64,000 bases of DNA, from the NCBI GenBank assembly GCA_032110825.1, contig JAULVY010000089.1, positions 140 through 64,139 of the forward strand, in the 5' to 3' direction. Shown here one piece after another: positions 48,994-60,108 of the stretch. Under the pieces are notes generated by a model, which had not been told where the DNA came from, did not search any database, and saw only the letters and a program-made list of their open reading frames with translations. Every line of letters begins with the position of its first letter. Within the stretch, counting starts at the first letter, position 1. The translations under genes were made by a program, and so were the position numbers. The DNA is from Chitinophagaceae bacterium. Lineage in GTDB: Bacteria; Bacteroidota; Bacteroidia; Chitinophagales; Chitinophagaceae.

Positions 48994-50241
48994 ATGCAGA
49001 TTTTTTATGATATTTTTCTTGTTTTCTACAAATGGGCGATGTCCCTTGCGTCTCTGTGGAGTACCAAGGCCCAAAAATGGGTAGCTGGAAGAAAAAACTT
49101 GGAAAAGGAGCTTCTAAAAATCGATTTTAGACCCCACAAGAACATGGTTTGGTTTCACGCCGCCTCTTTAGGAGAATTTGAGCAAGGTCGGCCTCTGATG
49201 GAATTGATTAAAAAAAGGAACCCTGATTTCAAGATTCTGCTCAGTTTTTTTTCTCCATCGGGGTATGAGGTGAGAAAAAATACGGAATGTGCGGACTGGG
49301 TTTTTTATTTACCACTCGACCACAAAGAAGATTCAAGAAAATGGGTTGAACACATTCATCCCAAAATGGTTTTTTTTATTAAATATGATTCCTGGTATTA
49401 CTATCTAAGCTATCTCAAAGAAAAAAACATCCCCGTGTTTTTGATTTCAGCCAATTTTAGAGAAGAGCAAAACTTTTTTGGTCCATTTGGCAGCTTCCTC
49501 CGAAAAATGCTGGATATGTATACCCATATTTTCGTTCAAAATAAAAACTCACTTGAGGTCTTAAAAAAATACAAGATCAATGCCGGTGTCAGTATTTCAG
49601 GTGATACACGATTTGATCGGGTACTGGAGGTTAGCAGGGCTGAATTTCAAAATGAAATAATTGAATCCTTTTGCAAAGGAGGATTGACGCTGGTTGCAGG
49701 TAGTACATGGCTGGAAGACGAGCAATTGATTTCAGAAGCATTGAAAAAAACGAGCACAATAGGGCTGGTTTTGGCTCCACATGAAATAGACGAAGATCAT
49801 TTGGCAGATATCGAGAAGATGTTTGAAAATACAGTGCGACTAAGCAGCATCAACAGCGCGCAGGATCTTGATCACCACCGGGTTTTGATTGTAGACAGTT
49901 TCGGAATGTTATCCAAATTGTATCGATTTGGCCATATTGCATACATTGGCGGTGGATTCAATAAAAGTGGAATCCATAATATTTTAGAAGCTGCTGTTTA
50001 CGGGGTACCTGTTCTTTGGGGACCTAATTATGAAAGAGCTTTCGAGGCAAAGGAGTTGATAGATGTCGGTGGTGGAGTTTCTATTCAGGATGGAAATGGA
50101 CTGTACAAATGGCTGTACAAATTCAATGAGAATGAATCCATTCGCAAAAAAATGTCTGCTATTTGTACCCAATATGTATCAGATCGTTTAGGTGCAACAG
50201 AGAAGATCTATCATCAAACTGTGGATACTTCAGCCGATTAA
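48994..50241 (+). CDS. waaA: 3-deoxy-D-manno-octulosonic acid transferase
   Basis: WFHAASLGEFEQ, FFSPSGYE, GDTRFDRV and HNILEAA motifs. Confidence 0.93.
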   Translation: MQIFYDIFLVFYKWAMSLASLWSTKAQKWVAGRKNLEKELLKIDFRPHKNMVWFHAASLGEFEQGRPLMELIKKRNPDFKILLSFFSPSGYEVRKNTECADWVFYLPLDHKEDSRKWVEHIHPKMVFFIKYDSWYYYLSYLKEKNIPVFLISANFREEQNFFGPFGSFLRKMLDMYTHIFVQNKNSLEVLKKYKINAGVSISGDTRFDRVLEVSRAEFQNEIIESFCKGGLTLVAGSTWLEDEQLISEALKKTSTIGLVLAPHEIDEDHLADIEKMFENTVRLSSINSAQDLDHHRVLIVDSFGMLSKLYRFGHIAYIGGGFNKSGIHNILEAAVYGVPVLWGPNYERAFEAKELIDVGGGVSIQDGNGLYKWLYKFNENESIRKKMSAICTQYVSDRLGATEKIYHQTVDTSAD

Positions 50242-50261
50242 GGTATTTTTGAGCTTGCTAT

Positions 50262-50834
50262 ATGTTGACAGAACCTAATCATAAGAACCCCGCTTCGGGA
50301 TGGATAGAAGTCGTTTGCGGATCGATGTTTTCTGGAAAAACTGAGGAGTTGATTCGGAGATTAAAAAGAGCGAGAATAGCTAACCTCAGTGTTGGGATTT
50401 TCAAACCCTCGTTGGACGTAAGGTACGATGCTGCCAAAATTGTATCTCATGATGAAAACACCATCGAATCTATCCCCCTTACACAGGCGTCTCACATTTT
50501 AAATCATGCAAAAGCCTATGAAGTGATTGGAATTGATGAGGCCCAATTTTTTGATGAAAAAATTGTAGACGTTTGTGATCAATTGGCCAACAATGGGAAA
50601 CGAGTTATTGTAGCGGGACTGGATATGGATTATACAGGCGAGCCGTTTGGACCTATGCCCAAACTGTTATCGATTGCAAACTATGTTACCAAGCTGCATG
50701 CCATTTGCATGAAGTGTGGTAGTATTGCTAGTTATTCCTATCGCATAATAGACAATACAGATCAAGTGGTATTGGGAGAGAAAGATCATTACGAAGCGAG
50801 ATGCAGAAATTGTTTTAATCTACAATCCGTTTAA
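50262..50834 (+). CDS. tdk: Thymidine kinase
   Basis: GSMFSGKTEEL, IDEAQFF and CxxC zinc motifs. Confidence 0.97.
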   Translation: MLTEPNHKNPASGWIEVVCGSMFSGKTEELIRRLKRARIANLSVGIFKPSLDVRYDAAKIVSHDENTIESIPLTQASHILNHAKAYEVIGIDEAQFFDEKIVDVCDQLANNGKRVIVAGLDMDYTGEPFGPMPKLLSIANYVTKLHAICMKCGSIASYSYRIIDNTDQVVLGEKDHYEARCRNCFNLQSV

Positions 50835-51497
50835 TTGAAAGCGATTGTACAAATTAGATCGTTACTTTACAAGGACTTCCTTCTGGAAACCAGGCAGCAG
50901 CATACGTTGTATGGAATTCTTCTCTACATCGCTTCTACTATTTTTGTCATTTACCTTACACTACCCGAACCGGATGCAGAGACCTGGAACACCCTTTTTT
51001 GGGTGATGCAGCTATTTATTTGCATCAATGCAGTAGCTAAAAGTTTTTTGCAGGAAGCGAAAGGCAGAATGCTATACTACTATTCGCTTACCTCTCCTTC
51101 AAACTTCATCTTAGCCAAGCTGGTATATAACTTTATTTTGATGCTGGTGATGAGTGCCGTTACGTTGCTCTTTTATTCTCTTTTTATGGGGAACCCCTCT
51201 ACAGCCGTATGGCAATTTGCCGGTATAGGGCTATTGGGCTCGGTCGGGCTTGGACTTACATTTACCATGTTGGCGGCTATTGCGTCTAAAGCTATGCAAC
51301 AAGCCTCTTTAATGGCCATTTTAGGATTTCCATTGATTATACCTCAGCTTTTGCTTTTGATTCGATTATCCAAAACTGCTTTTGCAGAAGTGTTTAAAGC
51401 TGGCGCACCCACTCAACTCGTACTATTATTAATTGGTTTAGACATCTTGATTATTCTACTTGCGGTTATTTTATATCCCTTTTTATGGAAAGATTAA
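50835..51497 (+). CDS. ccmB: Heme exporter protein B
   Basis: Six-TM profile, LGFPLIIPQL, upstream of ccmC. Confidence 0.8.
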   Translation: MKAIVQIRSLLYKDFLLETRQQHTLYGILLYIASTIFVIYLTLPEPDAETWNTLFWVMQLFICINAVAKSFLQEAKGRMLYYYSLTSPSNFILAKLVYNFILMLVMSAVTLLFYSLFMGNPSTAVWQFAGIGLLGSVGLGLTFTMLAAIASKAMQQASLMAILGFPLIIPQLLLLIRLSKTAFAEVFKAGAPTQLVLLLIGLDILIILLAVILYPFLWKD

Positions 51498-51540
51498 CCG
51501 AAGGGACTAATTTTGTGCATTGATCAACAAAACCCCTTAC

Positions 51541-52239
51541 ATGCGTTTGAGCTGGTGGAAATGGATAGCGATGATCTTAGTTGGATATGCCGTTATTGGG
51601 GGACTGCTGTTGCCCGTTCCGGAATTGACCCAATTGGGTGAAACCATTCGAAACCTCTACTATCATGTTTGCATGTGGTTTTCAATGATGATCTTGTATA
51701 CGCTTTCCATCATCCACAGCATCAAGTATTTGAATAACGCAAATGTTCTTCACGATAACAAAGCCAAATCCTATGCTGGTATTGGAACGTTTATGGGGAT
51801 ACTGGGTTATGCAACAGGAGCAATTTGGGCAAGTTTTACGTGGGCAGATCCAAACAATCCTGCATTTGCTTCTTTTGGATCCATCATGCGTGAGCCTAAA
51901 TTGATTGGAGCTGCTATTGCGTTGTTGATTTATGGCGCCTATTTCATTTTAAGAAATTCTATTCTGGATGAAGATCAACGCGCAAGAGTTAGCGCAGTAT
52001 ACAACATCTTCGCTTATGCTATGCTGTTCCCATCCATCTGGATTATTCCTCGATTACTCCCAAGCCTGCATCCTGGACAAGAAGGAAATCCAGCATTGAA
52101 TTTCAACGACATCGATTCAAGAATGAGAATGATTTTTTACCCCGCCGTAATCGGATGGACTTTATTAGGGGTATGGATTGGGCAACTCAATATTCGCTTG
52201 AATATCATCAACGAAAAAAAAGGGCAATATGAAAAATAA
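51541..52239 (+). CDS. ccmC: Heme exporter protein C (cytochrome c assembly)
   Basis: YYHV (His), TGAIWASFTW...REPKL tryptophan-rich motif, and LHP; start MRLSWW at 51541 (track start 51520). Confidence 0.88.
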   Translation: MRLSWWKWIAMILVGYAVIGGLLLPVPELTQLGETIRNLYYHVCMWFSMMILYTLSIIHSIKYLNNANVLHDNKAKSYAGIGTFMGILGYATGAIWASFTWADPNNPAFASFGSIMREPKLIGAAIALLIYGAYFILRNSILDEDQRARVSAVYNIFAYAMLFPSIWIIPRLLPSLHPGQEGNPALNFNDIDSRMRMIFYPAVIGWTLLGVWIGQLNIRLNIINEKKGQYEK

Positions 52240-52438
52240 AATTTGGACTACCCTTCTTTCCTGCATAGGATTATTCCATGATGCAAGAAGTCAATCAACA
52301 GAAACAATGGCGAGTGCGATGCGTAGCAACGGAAAGATTTATGTAGTTGTAGCCGTATTGGCAACCATTGTTGCAGGGCTTTTTTTGTACTTAATTCGAA
52401 TCGATAGAAAAGTTTCTAAATTAGAAAGGGATCTCTAA
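52229..52438 (+). CDS. ccmD: CcmD-family small membrane protein
   Basis: MRSNGKIYVVVAVL...YLIRIDRKVSKLE; overlaps the ccmC stop. Confidence 0.75.
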   Translation: MKNKIWTTLLSCIGLFHDARSQSTETMASAMRSNGKIYVVVAVLATIVAGLFLYLIRIDRKVSKLERDL

Positions 52439-52482
52439 ACCAAGAGTCCCTCGTATACGTTTTACTTAATAAATAGCTTGCC

Positions 52483-53895
52483 ATGAATCCCGAATACAGT
52501 TTTTTTGATGCTGTTTGCAAAAGTTTTGACAAAGCAGCAGGTTTCACATCCTTTGACGAAGGAATTTTAGAACAAATTAAGCAGTGTAACACTGTTTTGA
52601 GAATGCATTTCCCTGTTAAGATTGGCGATAAGATTGAAGTCATCAAAGCCTATCGCGTGCAGCATTCCCATCACAAACAACCCTGCAAAGGAGGTATCCG
52701 TTTTAGCGAAATGGTGAACCTGGATGAGGTGATGGCATTGGCTGCTCTCATGACGTATAAATGCGCTATTGTAGATGTTCCATTTGGAGGTGCAAAAGGT
52801 GGAATTTCTATCAATCCAAAAAAATACTCTGCCTATGATTTAGAAAAAATCACAAGGCGCTACACCAGCGAGCTGATCAAAAAGAAATTCATTGGTCCGG
52901 GCGAAGACGTTCCCGCACCCGATTACGGAACAGGTGAGCGTGAAATGTCTTGGATTTTGGATACCTATATCGCCATGCATCCAGGAGAAATTGATTCGTT
53001 GGCTTGCGTAACAGGGAAACCAGTTACACAAGGTGGAGTTCGCGGAAGAAAAGAGGCAACGGGATTGGGGGTATTTTATGGGATCAGAGAGGTTTGTAAT
53101 AATGATGATGTTATGAACCGGCTAGGCCTATCCAAAGGTATTGCAGGTAAAAAGGTTATTGTTCAAGGATTAGGAAACGTTGGCTATCATGCTGCTAAGT
53201 TTTTTCAAGAAGGAGGAGCCATCATTACAGGTTTAGCAGAACACGAAGGGTCTATATATGATGAAAACGGATTAGACGTAGACGCTGTAGTTGAACATAG
53301 AAAAAATACAGGTTCGATTTTGAATTTTCCTGGTGCCAAAAATTTCAATAAAAACACTGACGCTCTAGAAGCAGCTTGTGATATATTGATTCCTGCTGCA
53401 CTTGAAAATGTAATCAATGGGAGTAATGCAGATCGAGTAAAAGCTAAAATCATTGGAGAGGCTGCAAACGGTCCGCTCACTCCTGAAGCTGATGAAATCA
53501 TGGCATCTAAAGGGATCTTGGTTGTACCAGACATGTACCTCAATGCCGGTGGTGTTACAGTATCGTATTTTGAATGGGTAAAGAACCTTAGTCACGTTCG
53601 GTACGGTCGTGTAGAAAAGCGCTTCATGGAAAATCAAAACGCCAACCTGGTTGCACAAATTGAAGAAATGACTGGGAAAAAAGTAACAGACATTCAAAAG
53701 GATCTTCTTGTTCATGGTCCAGATGAAATCGACCTCGTTCGAAGTGGTTTAGAGGATACCATGATCAAGGCCACCAATGAAATCTTGGAGTGTTGGAAAA
53801 AGAACCCGAAGATCAAGGATATGAGAACAGCAGCTTTTGTGGTAGCCATCAACAAGGTGGGAACAAGTTACATGGAGCTGGGTATTTTCCCTTAA
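52483..53895 (+). CDS. gdhA: Glutamate dehydrogenase (Glu/Leu/Phe/Val family)
   Basis: CKGGIRF, GGAKGG, DVPAPD, QGLGNVG and [12 protein letters not shown] motifs. Confidence 0.95.
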   Translation: MNPEYSFFDAVCKSFDKAAGFTSFDEGILEQIKQCNTVLRMHFPVKIGDKIEVIKAYRVQHSHHKQPCKGGIRFSEMVNLDEVMALAALMTYKCAIVDVPFGGAKGGISINPKKYSAYDLEKITRRYTSELIKKKFIGPGEDVPAPDYGTGEREMSWILDTYIAMHPGEIDSLACVTGKPVTQGGVRGRKEATGLGVFYGIREVCNNDDVMNRLGLSKGIAGKKVIVQGLGNVGYHAAKFFQEGGAIITGLAEHEGSIYDENGLDVDAVVEHRKNTGSILNFPGAKNFNKNTDALEAACDILIPAALENVINGSNADRVKAKIIGEAANGPLTPEADEIMASKGILVVPDMYLNAGGVTVSYFEWVKNLSHVRYGRVEKRFMENQNANLVAQIEEMTGKKVTDIQKDLLVHGPDEIDLVRSGLEDTMIKATNEILECWKKNPKIKDMRTAAFVVAINKVGTSYMELGIFP

Positions 53896-53901
53896 TAAAA
53901 A

Positions 53902-54339
53902 TCATTCATAATTTGGAAAAGCGGAAAGCCAAATAGGCTCTTCCGCTTTTTTATCTGCCACATAGCAGGTTGTGCCATTGGTAATAACGAGGTATCGAAC
54001 TGGAATATGAAGATTATAGGATAGAATTTGCATCAATGTTTTTTCGCTAAGTACCACATGTTCAGCTTTGCACTCAATCATCATCCAGGGAGTATGGCTT
54101 GAGTTGTAAACCAAAATATCAAATCGTTTCAACCTGTCGGCCACTTGAATTTTTTTTTCAACAGCAATGGCTGACTTTGGAACAGAAAAGGATTGAATTA
54201 AAAGCTGAATTATATTTTGCCGCACCCATTCTTCGGGCTGCAGTTGAACCCATTTCTTTCTAATTTCATCAAAAATCAACGGAGCGTCTCCCTGCTTTTT
54301 CATACGAAACTTAAATTCCGGAAATTGCAGTTGAATCAT
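53902..54339 (-). CDS. Standalone HsdR N-terminal domain protein
   Basis: IFDEIRKKWV..PEEWVRQ, RFDILVY, ECKA and TNG; 145 aa only. Confidence 0.82.
   Translation of the reverse strand: MIQLQFPEFKFRMKKQGDAPLIFDEIRKKWVQLQPEEWVRQNIIQLLIQSFSVPKSAIAVEKKIQVADRLKRFDILVYNSSHTPWMMIECKAEHVVLSEKTLMQILSYNLHIPVRYLVITNGTTCYVADKKAEEPIWLSAFPNYE
53917..53952 (+). terminator. Terminator for gdhA, overlapping the 3' end of the convergent gene
   Basis: AAAAGCGGAA-AGCC-loop-GGCT-C-TTCCGCTTTTTT. Confidence 0.7.
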
Positions 54340-54378
54340 AGGTGCAAAGTAATCAGTAATTTCAATTAAATTTTAGAG

Positions 54379-55149
54379 ATGAACAGCAAAGAAGAAATCG
54401 TTAAAAACTGGTTACCGCGATACACGGGAGTTGAGTTGGATAAGTTTGGAGAATATATTTTGCTGACCAACTTTAATAAATATGTCGAATTATTTGCAGA
54501 ATGGAATGGTGTTGAGGTAGTTGGCAGAGATAAGCCTATGGAATCTGCCACCCATGACGGAATTACCATAATCAATTTTGGCATGGGTAGTCCCACAGCT
54601 GCAACAGTAATGGATCTACTCACAGCCATTAACCCCAAAGCAGTTTTATTCTTGGGCAAATGCGGAGGGTTGAAAAAACGCAATCAGATAGGCGACTTGA
54701 TTTTACCGATCGCTGCGATACGGGGAGAAGGAACTTCAAATGATTACTTCCCTCCGGAAGTTCCAGCACTTCCAGCATTTGCGCTCCAAAAAGCGATATC
54801 TACAACCATTAGGGAACACGAATTAGACTATTGGACAGGTACGGTTTATACCACTAACCGCAGGGTTTGGGAGCACGATGAACAATTCAAGGAATACTTG
54901 AAAAAGATTCGGGCTTACGCGATAGACATGGAAACTGCCAGTATTTTTTCTGTTGGATTTTACAATAAAATTCCCACAGGTGCTTTGTTGCTGGTTAGTG
55001 ATTCGCCTATGATTCCAGAAGGCATCAAAACCGAGGAAAGCGATAAACAAGTGACTGCTAAATTTGTGGAAACTCACCTCAAAATTGGCATAGACTCTCT
55101 TAATCAATTGATTAACAATGGCCAAACAGTTCGACACCTGAGGTTTTAA
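54379..55149 (+). CDS. amn: AMP nucleosidase (short Bacteroidota/Chlamydia type)
   Basis: NWLPRYTG, INFGMGSP, LGKCGGL and IDME motifs. Confidence 0.9.
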   Translation: MNSKEEIVKNWLPRYTGVELDKFGEYILLTNFNKYVELFAEWNGVEVVGRDKPMESATHDGITIINFGMGSPTAATVMDLLTAINPKAVLFLGKCGGLKKRNQIGDLILPIAAIRGEGTSNDYFPPEVPALPAFALQKAISTTIREHELDYWTGTVYTTNRRVWEHDEQFKEYLKKIRAYAIDMETASIFSVGFYNKIPTGALLLVSDSPMIPEGIKTEESDKQVTAKFVETHLKIGIDSLNQLINNGQTVRHLRF

Positions 55150-55301
55150 AGGTGGATTAATTCCTCAGTCAACCCCGTTTTTTTCATTAATTTTGCAATC
55201 TCAAAAGCCGAAACAAATCTGGTGCCGTAAGATCAGATTTTTTCAACAGAATCGAGGTATATATTGCATTGGGATTTGTAAGGCTGTTAAATAAAACACA
55301 C

Positions 55302-56351
55302 ATGAAATTATCCCAATTTAGATTTGACTTTCCGCTTAATTTAATTGCACAGACTCCAACCAAGAGAAGAGAGGACTCCCGCTTGATGGTGATACACAAA
55401 GACACCGGCTTGATTGAAAATAAAATGTTTAAAGATGTTCTTAACTATTTTGAAGAGAAGGACGTTTTTGTTGTTAATAATACCAAAGTATTTCCAGCCA
55501 GAATGTATGGCCGCAAAGAAAAGACAGGTGCAAAAATTGAAGTTTTTTTGTTGCGTGAATTGAATAAGCAAAATCGGTTGTGGGATGTTATCGTTGATCC
55601 CGCAAGAAAGATTAGAGTGGGAAACAAACTTTATTTTGGTGATGCAGAGGAGTTGGTGGCAGAGGTGATTGACAATACAACTTCTAGAGGAAGAACCATT
55701 CGCTTTTTATTTGAGGGAAGTGATGAAGAATTTAAACAAGTATTAAATTCATTGGGCGAAACTCCCCTACCCAAGTACATCAAACGCAAACCTGATGAAA
55801 CCGATCGCGAAAGGTATCAAACGGTGTATGCTAAGCACGAGGGTGCTGTTGCCGCGCCAACTGCTGGATTGCATTTCTCTATCGAACTCATTAAGCGCCT
55901 AGAAATACAAGGCATTCGGTTTGCAGAAATTACATTGCATACAGGTCTGGGAACGTTTAGAGCTATTGAAGTAGAAGACCTCAGTAAACACAAGATGGAA
56001 GCTGAATATTTCCGCGTAGATGAAACCGCATGTAAGATTGTGAATAAAGCAAAATCTGAGGGACATCGGATTTGTTCAGTTGGTACTACAACCATGCGAG
56101 GCTTGGAGAGCACCTTTACAGCAGATAAACTTTTGAAGCCGTCCGAAGGATGGACCAACATTTTTATACATCCGCCACATGAATTCTCGATATGCGACTC
56201 TCTGATCACTAATTTTCATTTGCCAAAAACTTCCTTATTGATCATGGCTTGTGCATTTGCAGGGTATGAATTGACTATGGAGGCTTATAAGAAAGCCATC
56301 AAAGACAAATACCGTTTCTTTAGCTATGGCGATGCCATGCTGATTATTTAA
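55302..56351 (+). CDS. queA: S-adenosylmethionine:tRNA ribosyltransferase-isomerase
   Basis: [30 protein letters not shown] and RFFSYGDAM; start MKLSQF at 55302; TAATTTTG box at 55188-55195. Confidence 0.97.
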   Translation: MKLSQFRFDFPLNLIAQTPTKRREDSRLMVIHKDTGLIENKMFKDVLNYFEEKDVFVVNNTKVFPARMYGRKEKTGAKIEVFLLRELNKQNRLWDVIVDPARKIRVGNKLYFGDAEELVAEVIDNTTSRGRTIRFLFEGSDEEFKQVLNSLGETPLPKYIKRKPDETDRERYQTVYAKHEGAVAAPTAGLHFSIELIKRLEIQGIRFAEITLHTGLGTFRAIEVEDLSKHKMEAEYFRVDETACKIVNKAKSEGHRICSVGTTTMRGLESTFTADKLLKPSEGWTNIFIHPPHEFSICDSLITNFHLPKTSLLIMACAFAGYELTMEAYKKAIKDKYRFFSYGDAMLII

Positions 56352-56354
56352 GGA

Positions 56355-57677
56355 TTAATCCAGATTGAAGAGTCCCTTATTCAAGACTTTTAATGCCTCA
56401 TTTTTTTCTGAAGTCGGAATGAGAATGGACACATTATGTAAACTACCTCCATAGCTTACCATATTCACTGGCACATCGACTAAAGCATCAAACATTTTTG
56501 CCAAGATATTTTCCTTTTGTGTGAGCTTATGGCCAACCACAGAAACAATACTTTGATCTGAAACAATTTCAAGTTCACCTAAAGGCTGAAGCTCAGTAGA
56601 TATTTCTTTTAGATAGGATGTAGTATCGATTGTAACCGAAACGGCAACCTCTGAAGTTGTAATCATATCAATCGAAGTACGGTACTTCTCAAATACTTCA
56701 AAGATTTTTCTCAAAAATCCATAGGCAAGCAACATCCGGCTGCTCTTGATTTTAATCATCACAATACCATCCTTGGCTGCAATGGCCTTAACACCCTCTG
56801 AATCTGCTTCTTTTAAAATAATAGTGCCTTTAGCTTCAGGCTGCATGGTATTCAACAGTTTCACCGGTATGTTGAAATGTTGAGCAGGCCAAATAGATGC
56901 GGGGTGTAAAATTTTTGCGCCAAAATAGGCCAGCTCAGCAGCCTCATCAAAACTCAAATGTTCTACGGGTCTCGTTTTCTGAACAATGCGAGGATCGTTG
57001 TTGTGCATGCCGTCTATATCGGTCCATATTTCACATACACTGGCCTGAACTGCAGCTGCAATCAGTGATGCGGAATAATCGCTACCTCCTCGTTTAAGAT
57101 TATCTACTTCTCCACGGGCATTGCGGCAAATATATCCTTGTGTGATAAACAGTTTTTTGCCTTTGAAAGAATCTAACGTTTTATTGATTTTTGTTCTGAT
57201 GGTTAGCACCTGAGGTTCATCGTTAGCGTCAATCGACATAAAGTCAAGAGCAGGAAGCAACACATGGTCTACTCCAATTTCTTCTAGATAAATTGAAAAA
57301 AGTTTGGTGCTCATGAGTTCACCCTGTGCCAAGATGTCTTTGTTCAAGGCATCATTAAAAGAAATCTTCAGAATAATATTTAGAAAATCAAAATGCTCGT
57401 TAATGGTTTGAATTGCTTTTGATCGAGTATGCTCTTTGTCAAGAAGCTTTTCAATGAAAGTGCTATAGTGCGCATGGAGGGCATCTATTAAATCTTTTGC
57501 TTTCCCTTTATTGGAAGCAGCTAGTGCATCGCCGATTGCAACCAAGCTGTTGGTTGTGCCGCTTAACGCACTCAGCACAACAATTTTAGGCTCTTCATCT
57601 CTTGAGATGAGATCTTTCACTTGAAACATTCGCTCGGGCTTTCCTACTGAGGTGCCACCAAATTTCATGACTTTCAT
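56355..57677 (-). CDS. lysC: Aspartate kinase
   Basis: KFGGTSVG, RGGSDYSA, EAAELAYFGAKILHP and ACT domain ITTSEV; TAACTTTG box at 57699-57706. Confidence 0.95.
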   Translation of the reverse strand: MKVMKFGGTSVGKPERMFQVKDLISRDEEPKIVVLSALSGTTNSLVAIGDALAASNKGKAKDLIDALHAHYSTFIEKLLDKEHTRSKAIQTINEHFDFLNIILKISFNDALNKDILAQGELMSTKLFSIYLEEIGVDHVLLPALDFMSIDANDEPQVLTIRTKINKTLDSFKGKKLFITQGYICRNARGEVDNLKRGGSDYSASLIAAAVQASVCEIWTDIDGMHNNDPRIVQKTRPVEHLSFDEAAELAYFGAKILHPASIWPAQHFNIPVKLLNTMQPEAKGTIILKEADSEGVKAIAAKDGIVMIKIKSSRMLLAYGFLRKIFEVFEKYRTSIDMITTSEVAVSVTIDTTSYLKEISTELQPLGELEIVSDQSIVSVVGHKLTQKENILAKMFDALVDVPVNMVSYGGSLHNVSILIPTSEKNEALKVLNKGLFNLD

Positions 57678-57703
57678 ACCCTATTCCTTTGAAGTGGGCA
57701 AAG

Positions 57704-58780
57704 TTAAAGTTTGATACCGAATTTATCCCCTATTGACTCCAAGTCTTTCCATACGGGTTCCAGTAACGGAATACCTGATTGAAGGCGCTCATACTCTGAC
57801 TCTCTTTCGGGTGTTCCTGGAATAATTACAGGATCTGCTGGATCAATGGGAGTGGCAGAACGAAATCGTTGGATCCATAAGTCCATGTTAGAAGTAAAGT
57901 CTTCTTTTTTTCTAAATGCATCTATTCGCATTGCACCAAAGAAATGACCAATTCCCTTTCCCGGCTGGTTCTCCGGCATGGGAACATAAGCTGGGAAAGG
58001 CGGTACCCAGGGACCGAAATTAGCGCCACTGAGAATGGCAGAGAAGATATCGACGATAGAACCCAATGCATATCCCTTATGGCTTCCATGGTCTTTATCG
58101 CTCCCCAAGGGAAGTAAAGCCCCTCCTTGCTTTAGGGCATGTGCATTTTGAACAGGATGACCCTCTTGATCCTGTATCCAGCCGAAGGGAGCATCTTCGC
58201 CTTTGCGTTGAAGGATTTCAAGTTTTCCATTGGCTGCAGTAGTAGTAGCGAGATCGGCTACAAATGGAGGTTCAGCGCCTGCTGGAATTGCAACACAAAT
58301 CGGGTTGGTGCCGAGCATGCGTTCTTTAGAAAAAGTGGGGGCAACTAATGCGCTGGCATTGGTCATGGCAATTCCTATCATACCCTTTTCCAATGCTTTC
58401 ATAGCATGGAAAGCAGCAATTCCAAAATGATTGCTGTTGGATACAGCCACCCAGCCTGTTCCGACGGCATTTGCTTTTTGAATGGCGATGTCCATTGCTT
58501 TTGACCCGATCACCAATCCCAAGCCCCCATCACCATCTACAGTTCCTGTTGATGGTGTTTCATGAAGAAGTTGCATGTTCGCTTTTGCGTTTATGCGATT
58601 GGCCTCCCACAAACGAATGTATCCCGACAAACGAGCTACTCCATGAGAGTCAATCCCTCTGAGGTCTGCAGCCAGAAGTGCTTTTGCCCCCCATTCAGCA
58701 TCTTCGATGCTGAATCCCATTTTCAAAAAAACCTTTTGAGTGAAAGCGAGTAAGTGGGGGTAGGCATAGGTTTGTTCCAT
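57704..58780 (-). CDS. Ldh_2-family (malate/L-lactate/sulfolactate) oxidoreductase
   Basis: ADLRGIDSHG, NSNHFG, LGTNP and HKGYAL motifs. Confidence 0.88.
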   Translation of the reverse strand: MEQTYAYPHLLAFTQKVFLKMGFSIEDAEWGAKALLAADLRGIDSHGVARLSGYIRLWEANRINAKANMQLLHETPSTGTVDGDGGLGLVIGSKAMDIAIQKANAVGTGWVAVSNSNHFGIAAFHAMKALEKGMIGIAMTNASALVAPTFSKERMLGTNPICVAIPAGAEPPFVADLATTTAANGKLEILQRKGEDAPFGWIQDQEGHPVQNAHALKQGGALLPLGSDKDHGSHKGYALGSIVDIFSAILSGANFGPWVPPFPAYVPMPENQPGKGIGHFFGAMRIDAFRKKEDFTSNMDLWIQRFRSATPIDPADPVIIPGTPERESEYERLQSGIPLLEPVWKDLESIGDKFGIKL

Positions 58781-58937
58781 AAAACAAAAATATCCTCAAT
58801 CTTTGAAATCGGTTGGATTGTTTTTTAAGCGTTAAGAAAACGATCTGAAGCGTGGAAAACTCTCCGCCTTTATTGGGTATTTCCCCCTTGAATTGATTTT
58901 ACTTTGAATGAGATTTGAATTCTTAAAAAATAGGTAT

Positions 58938-59330
58938 ATGATAAAATTACAAGTGATTGGCCATCTTGGCAAGGACTGCACAACCAATGTTGTGAATGGA
59001 AAAAATGTAATCAATTTCAGTGTGGCACACAGCGAGCGCTACAAAGATGCTTCGGGAACACAGAAAGAGAAAACCACATGGGTTGAATGCGCGTATTGGA
59101 CAGACAGAACGGCAATAGCTCCTTACCTTAAAAAGGGACAGTTGGTTTTTGCGGAAGGAACACCAGATGTGAGAAGCTATACCAAAGGGGATGGTACTGC
59201 TGGCACCTCACTTACACTTCGTGTGCTCAGCGTACAATTACTGGGGGGCGGTAAAGGTGAAACGGGAGGCGAGCATTCATCAGAATCTCCTGCATCGGTT
59301 AGTGCAGAGGGCGATGATCTACCATTCTAA
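58938..59330 (+). CDS. ssb: Single-stranded DNA-binding protein
   Basis: IGHLGKD, YLKKG and C-terminal DDLPF; start MIKLQV at 58938. Confidence 0.95.
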   Translation: MIKLQVIGHLGKDCTTNVVNGKNVINFSVAHSERYKDASGTQKEKTTWVECAYWTDRTAIAPYLKKGQLVFAEGTPDVRSYTKGDGTAGTSLTLRVLSVQLLGGGKGETGGEHSSESPASVSAEGDDLPF

Positions 59331-59343
59331 ATACAAGTAGTGG

Positions 59344-60099
59344 TTAGGTAGAAGACCTGATTGATTGGATCAAAGTATCTAGATCAATCAGGTTTTTTTG
59401 TTTTTCCAAGCGTTCCGAGAGAATGGGATTTACCTTGGCTAGCACTTCAATGCTTTTGCTCAGCATGGAGTTGATTTCATGAATGCCTTGCTGATTTATA
59501 CCGGCATCAATCAATACATTTTCTTCTTGATTTTGTAAATCTTCTTTGATATCGGAAAGATCATCTAAGATTAAAAAATAGGTCATGAGTGCATACCAGG
59601 CATCTACTGCCACAGCCTCCTTCAACGAAGGCGACTGCAAGGCAGAAAGTAAAAAAAGATAGCTGTCGGCTCTATTCAAGGATGGGTAAGCAGTTCCCAG
59701 ATCCATGTTAGCCTGTTTTATCGGTTTCTCTTGAAATAAATATTGACTAACCGAATCATAAAAAGATTTGCGTTGAATATGGGACAGTAGATGGTTTTGG
59801 ATTTCTTCGATGTGCTCCTTCCAACGAATTTGCTTAGACTCCAATCGTGCGGCACTATTGAGAATAAATTCAGAAACTTCAGCAGAATGATTATTCAACA
59901 ATTCTGTTTTATCTGCTCCACTTCGTAATAACAAATCAAAATAAATAGGAATAAAAATATATCCTGGAGCGGAAGGCAGGTAGATGGTTCTATTTTTCCA
60001 ATATAGATTATGTGCGGGTACCCTTCGATCTACAAAATAGCGTGCAATATCACTATCAACATCATAATACGTATTAAAATTTTGCGCGGTTAGAAACAT
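59344..60099 (-). CDS. Hypothetical protein with isoprenoid-synthase-like DDxxD motif
   Basis: ILDDLSDIKED in a helical C-terminal region. Confidence 0.55.
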   Translation of the reverse strand: MFLTAQNFNTYYDVDSDIARYFVDRRVPAHNLYWKNRTIYLPSAPGYIFIPIYFDLLLRSGADKTELLNNHSAEVSEFILNSAARLESKQIRWKEHIEEIQNHLLSHIQRKSFYDSVSQYLFQEKPIKQANMDLGTAYPSLNRADSYLFLLSALQSPSLKEAVAVDAWYALMTYFLILDDLSDIKEDLQNQEENVLIDAGINQQGIHEINSMLSKSIEVLAKVNPILSERLEKQKNLIDLDTLIQSIRSST

Positions 60100-60108
60100 A
60101 GTGAACTG

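Noticed and set aside
50835-52438. ccmB-C-D without ccmA/E/F
   Set aside because: Dispersed ccm genes are usual in Bacteroidota; the rest are probably outside the window.
53902-54339. HsdR N-terminal domain as a restriction-modification or defence system
   Set aside because: Short standalone domain with no hsdM, hsdS or helicase, in a housekeeping neighbourhood.
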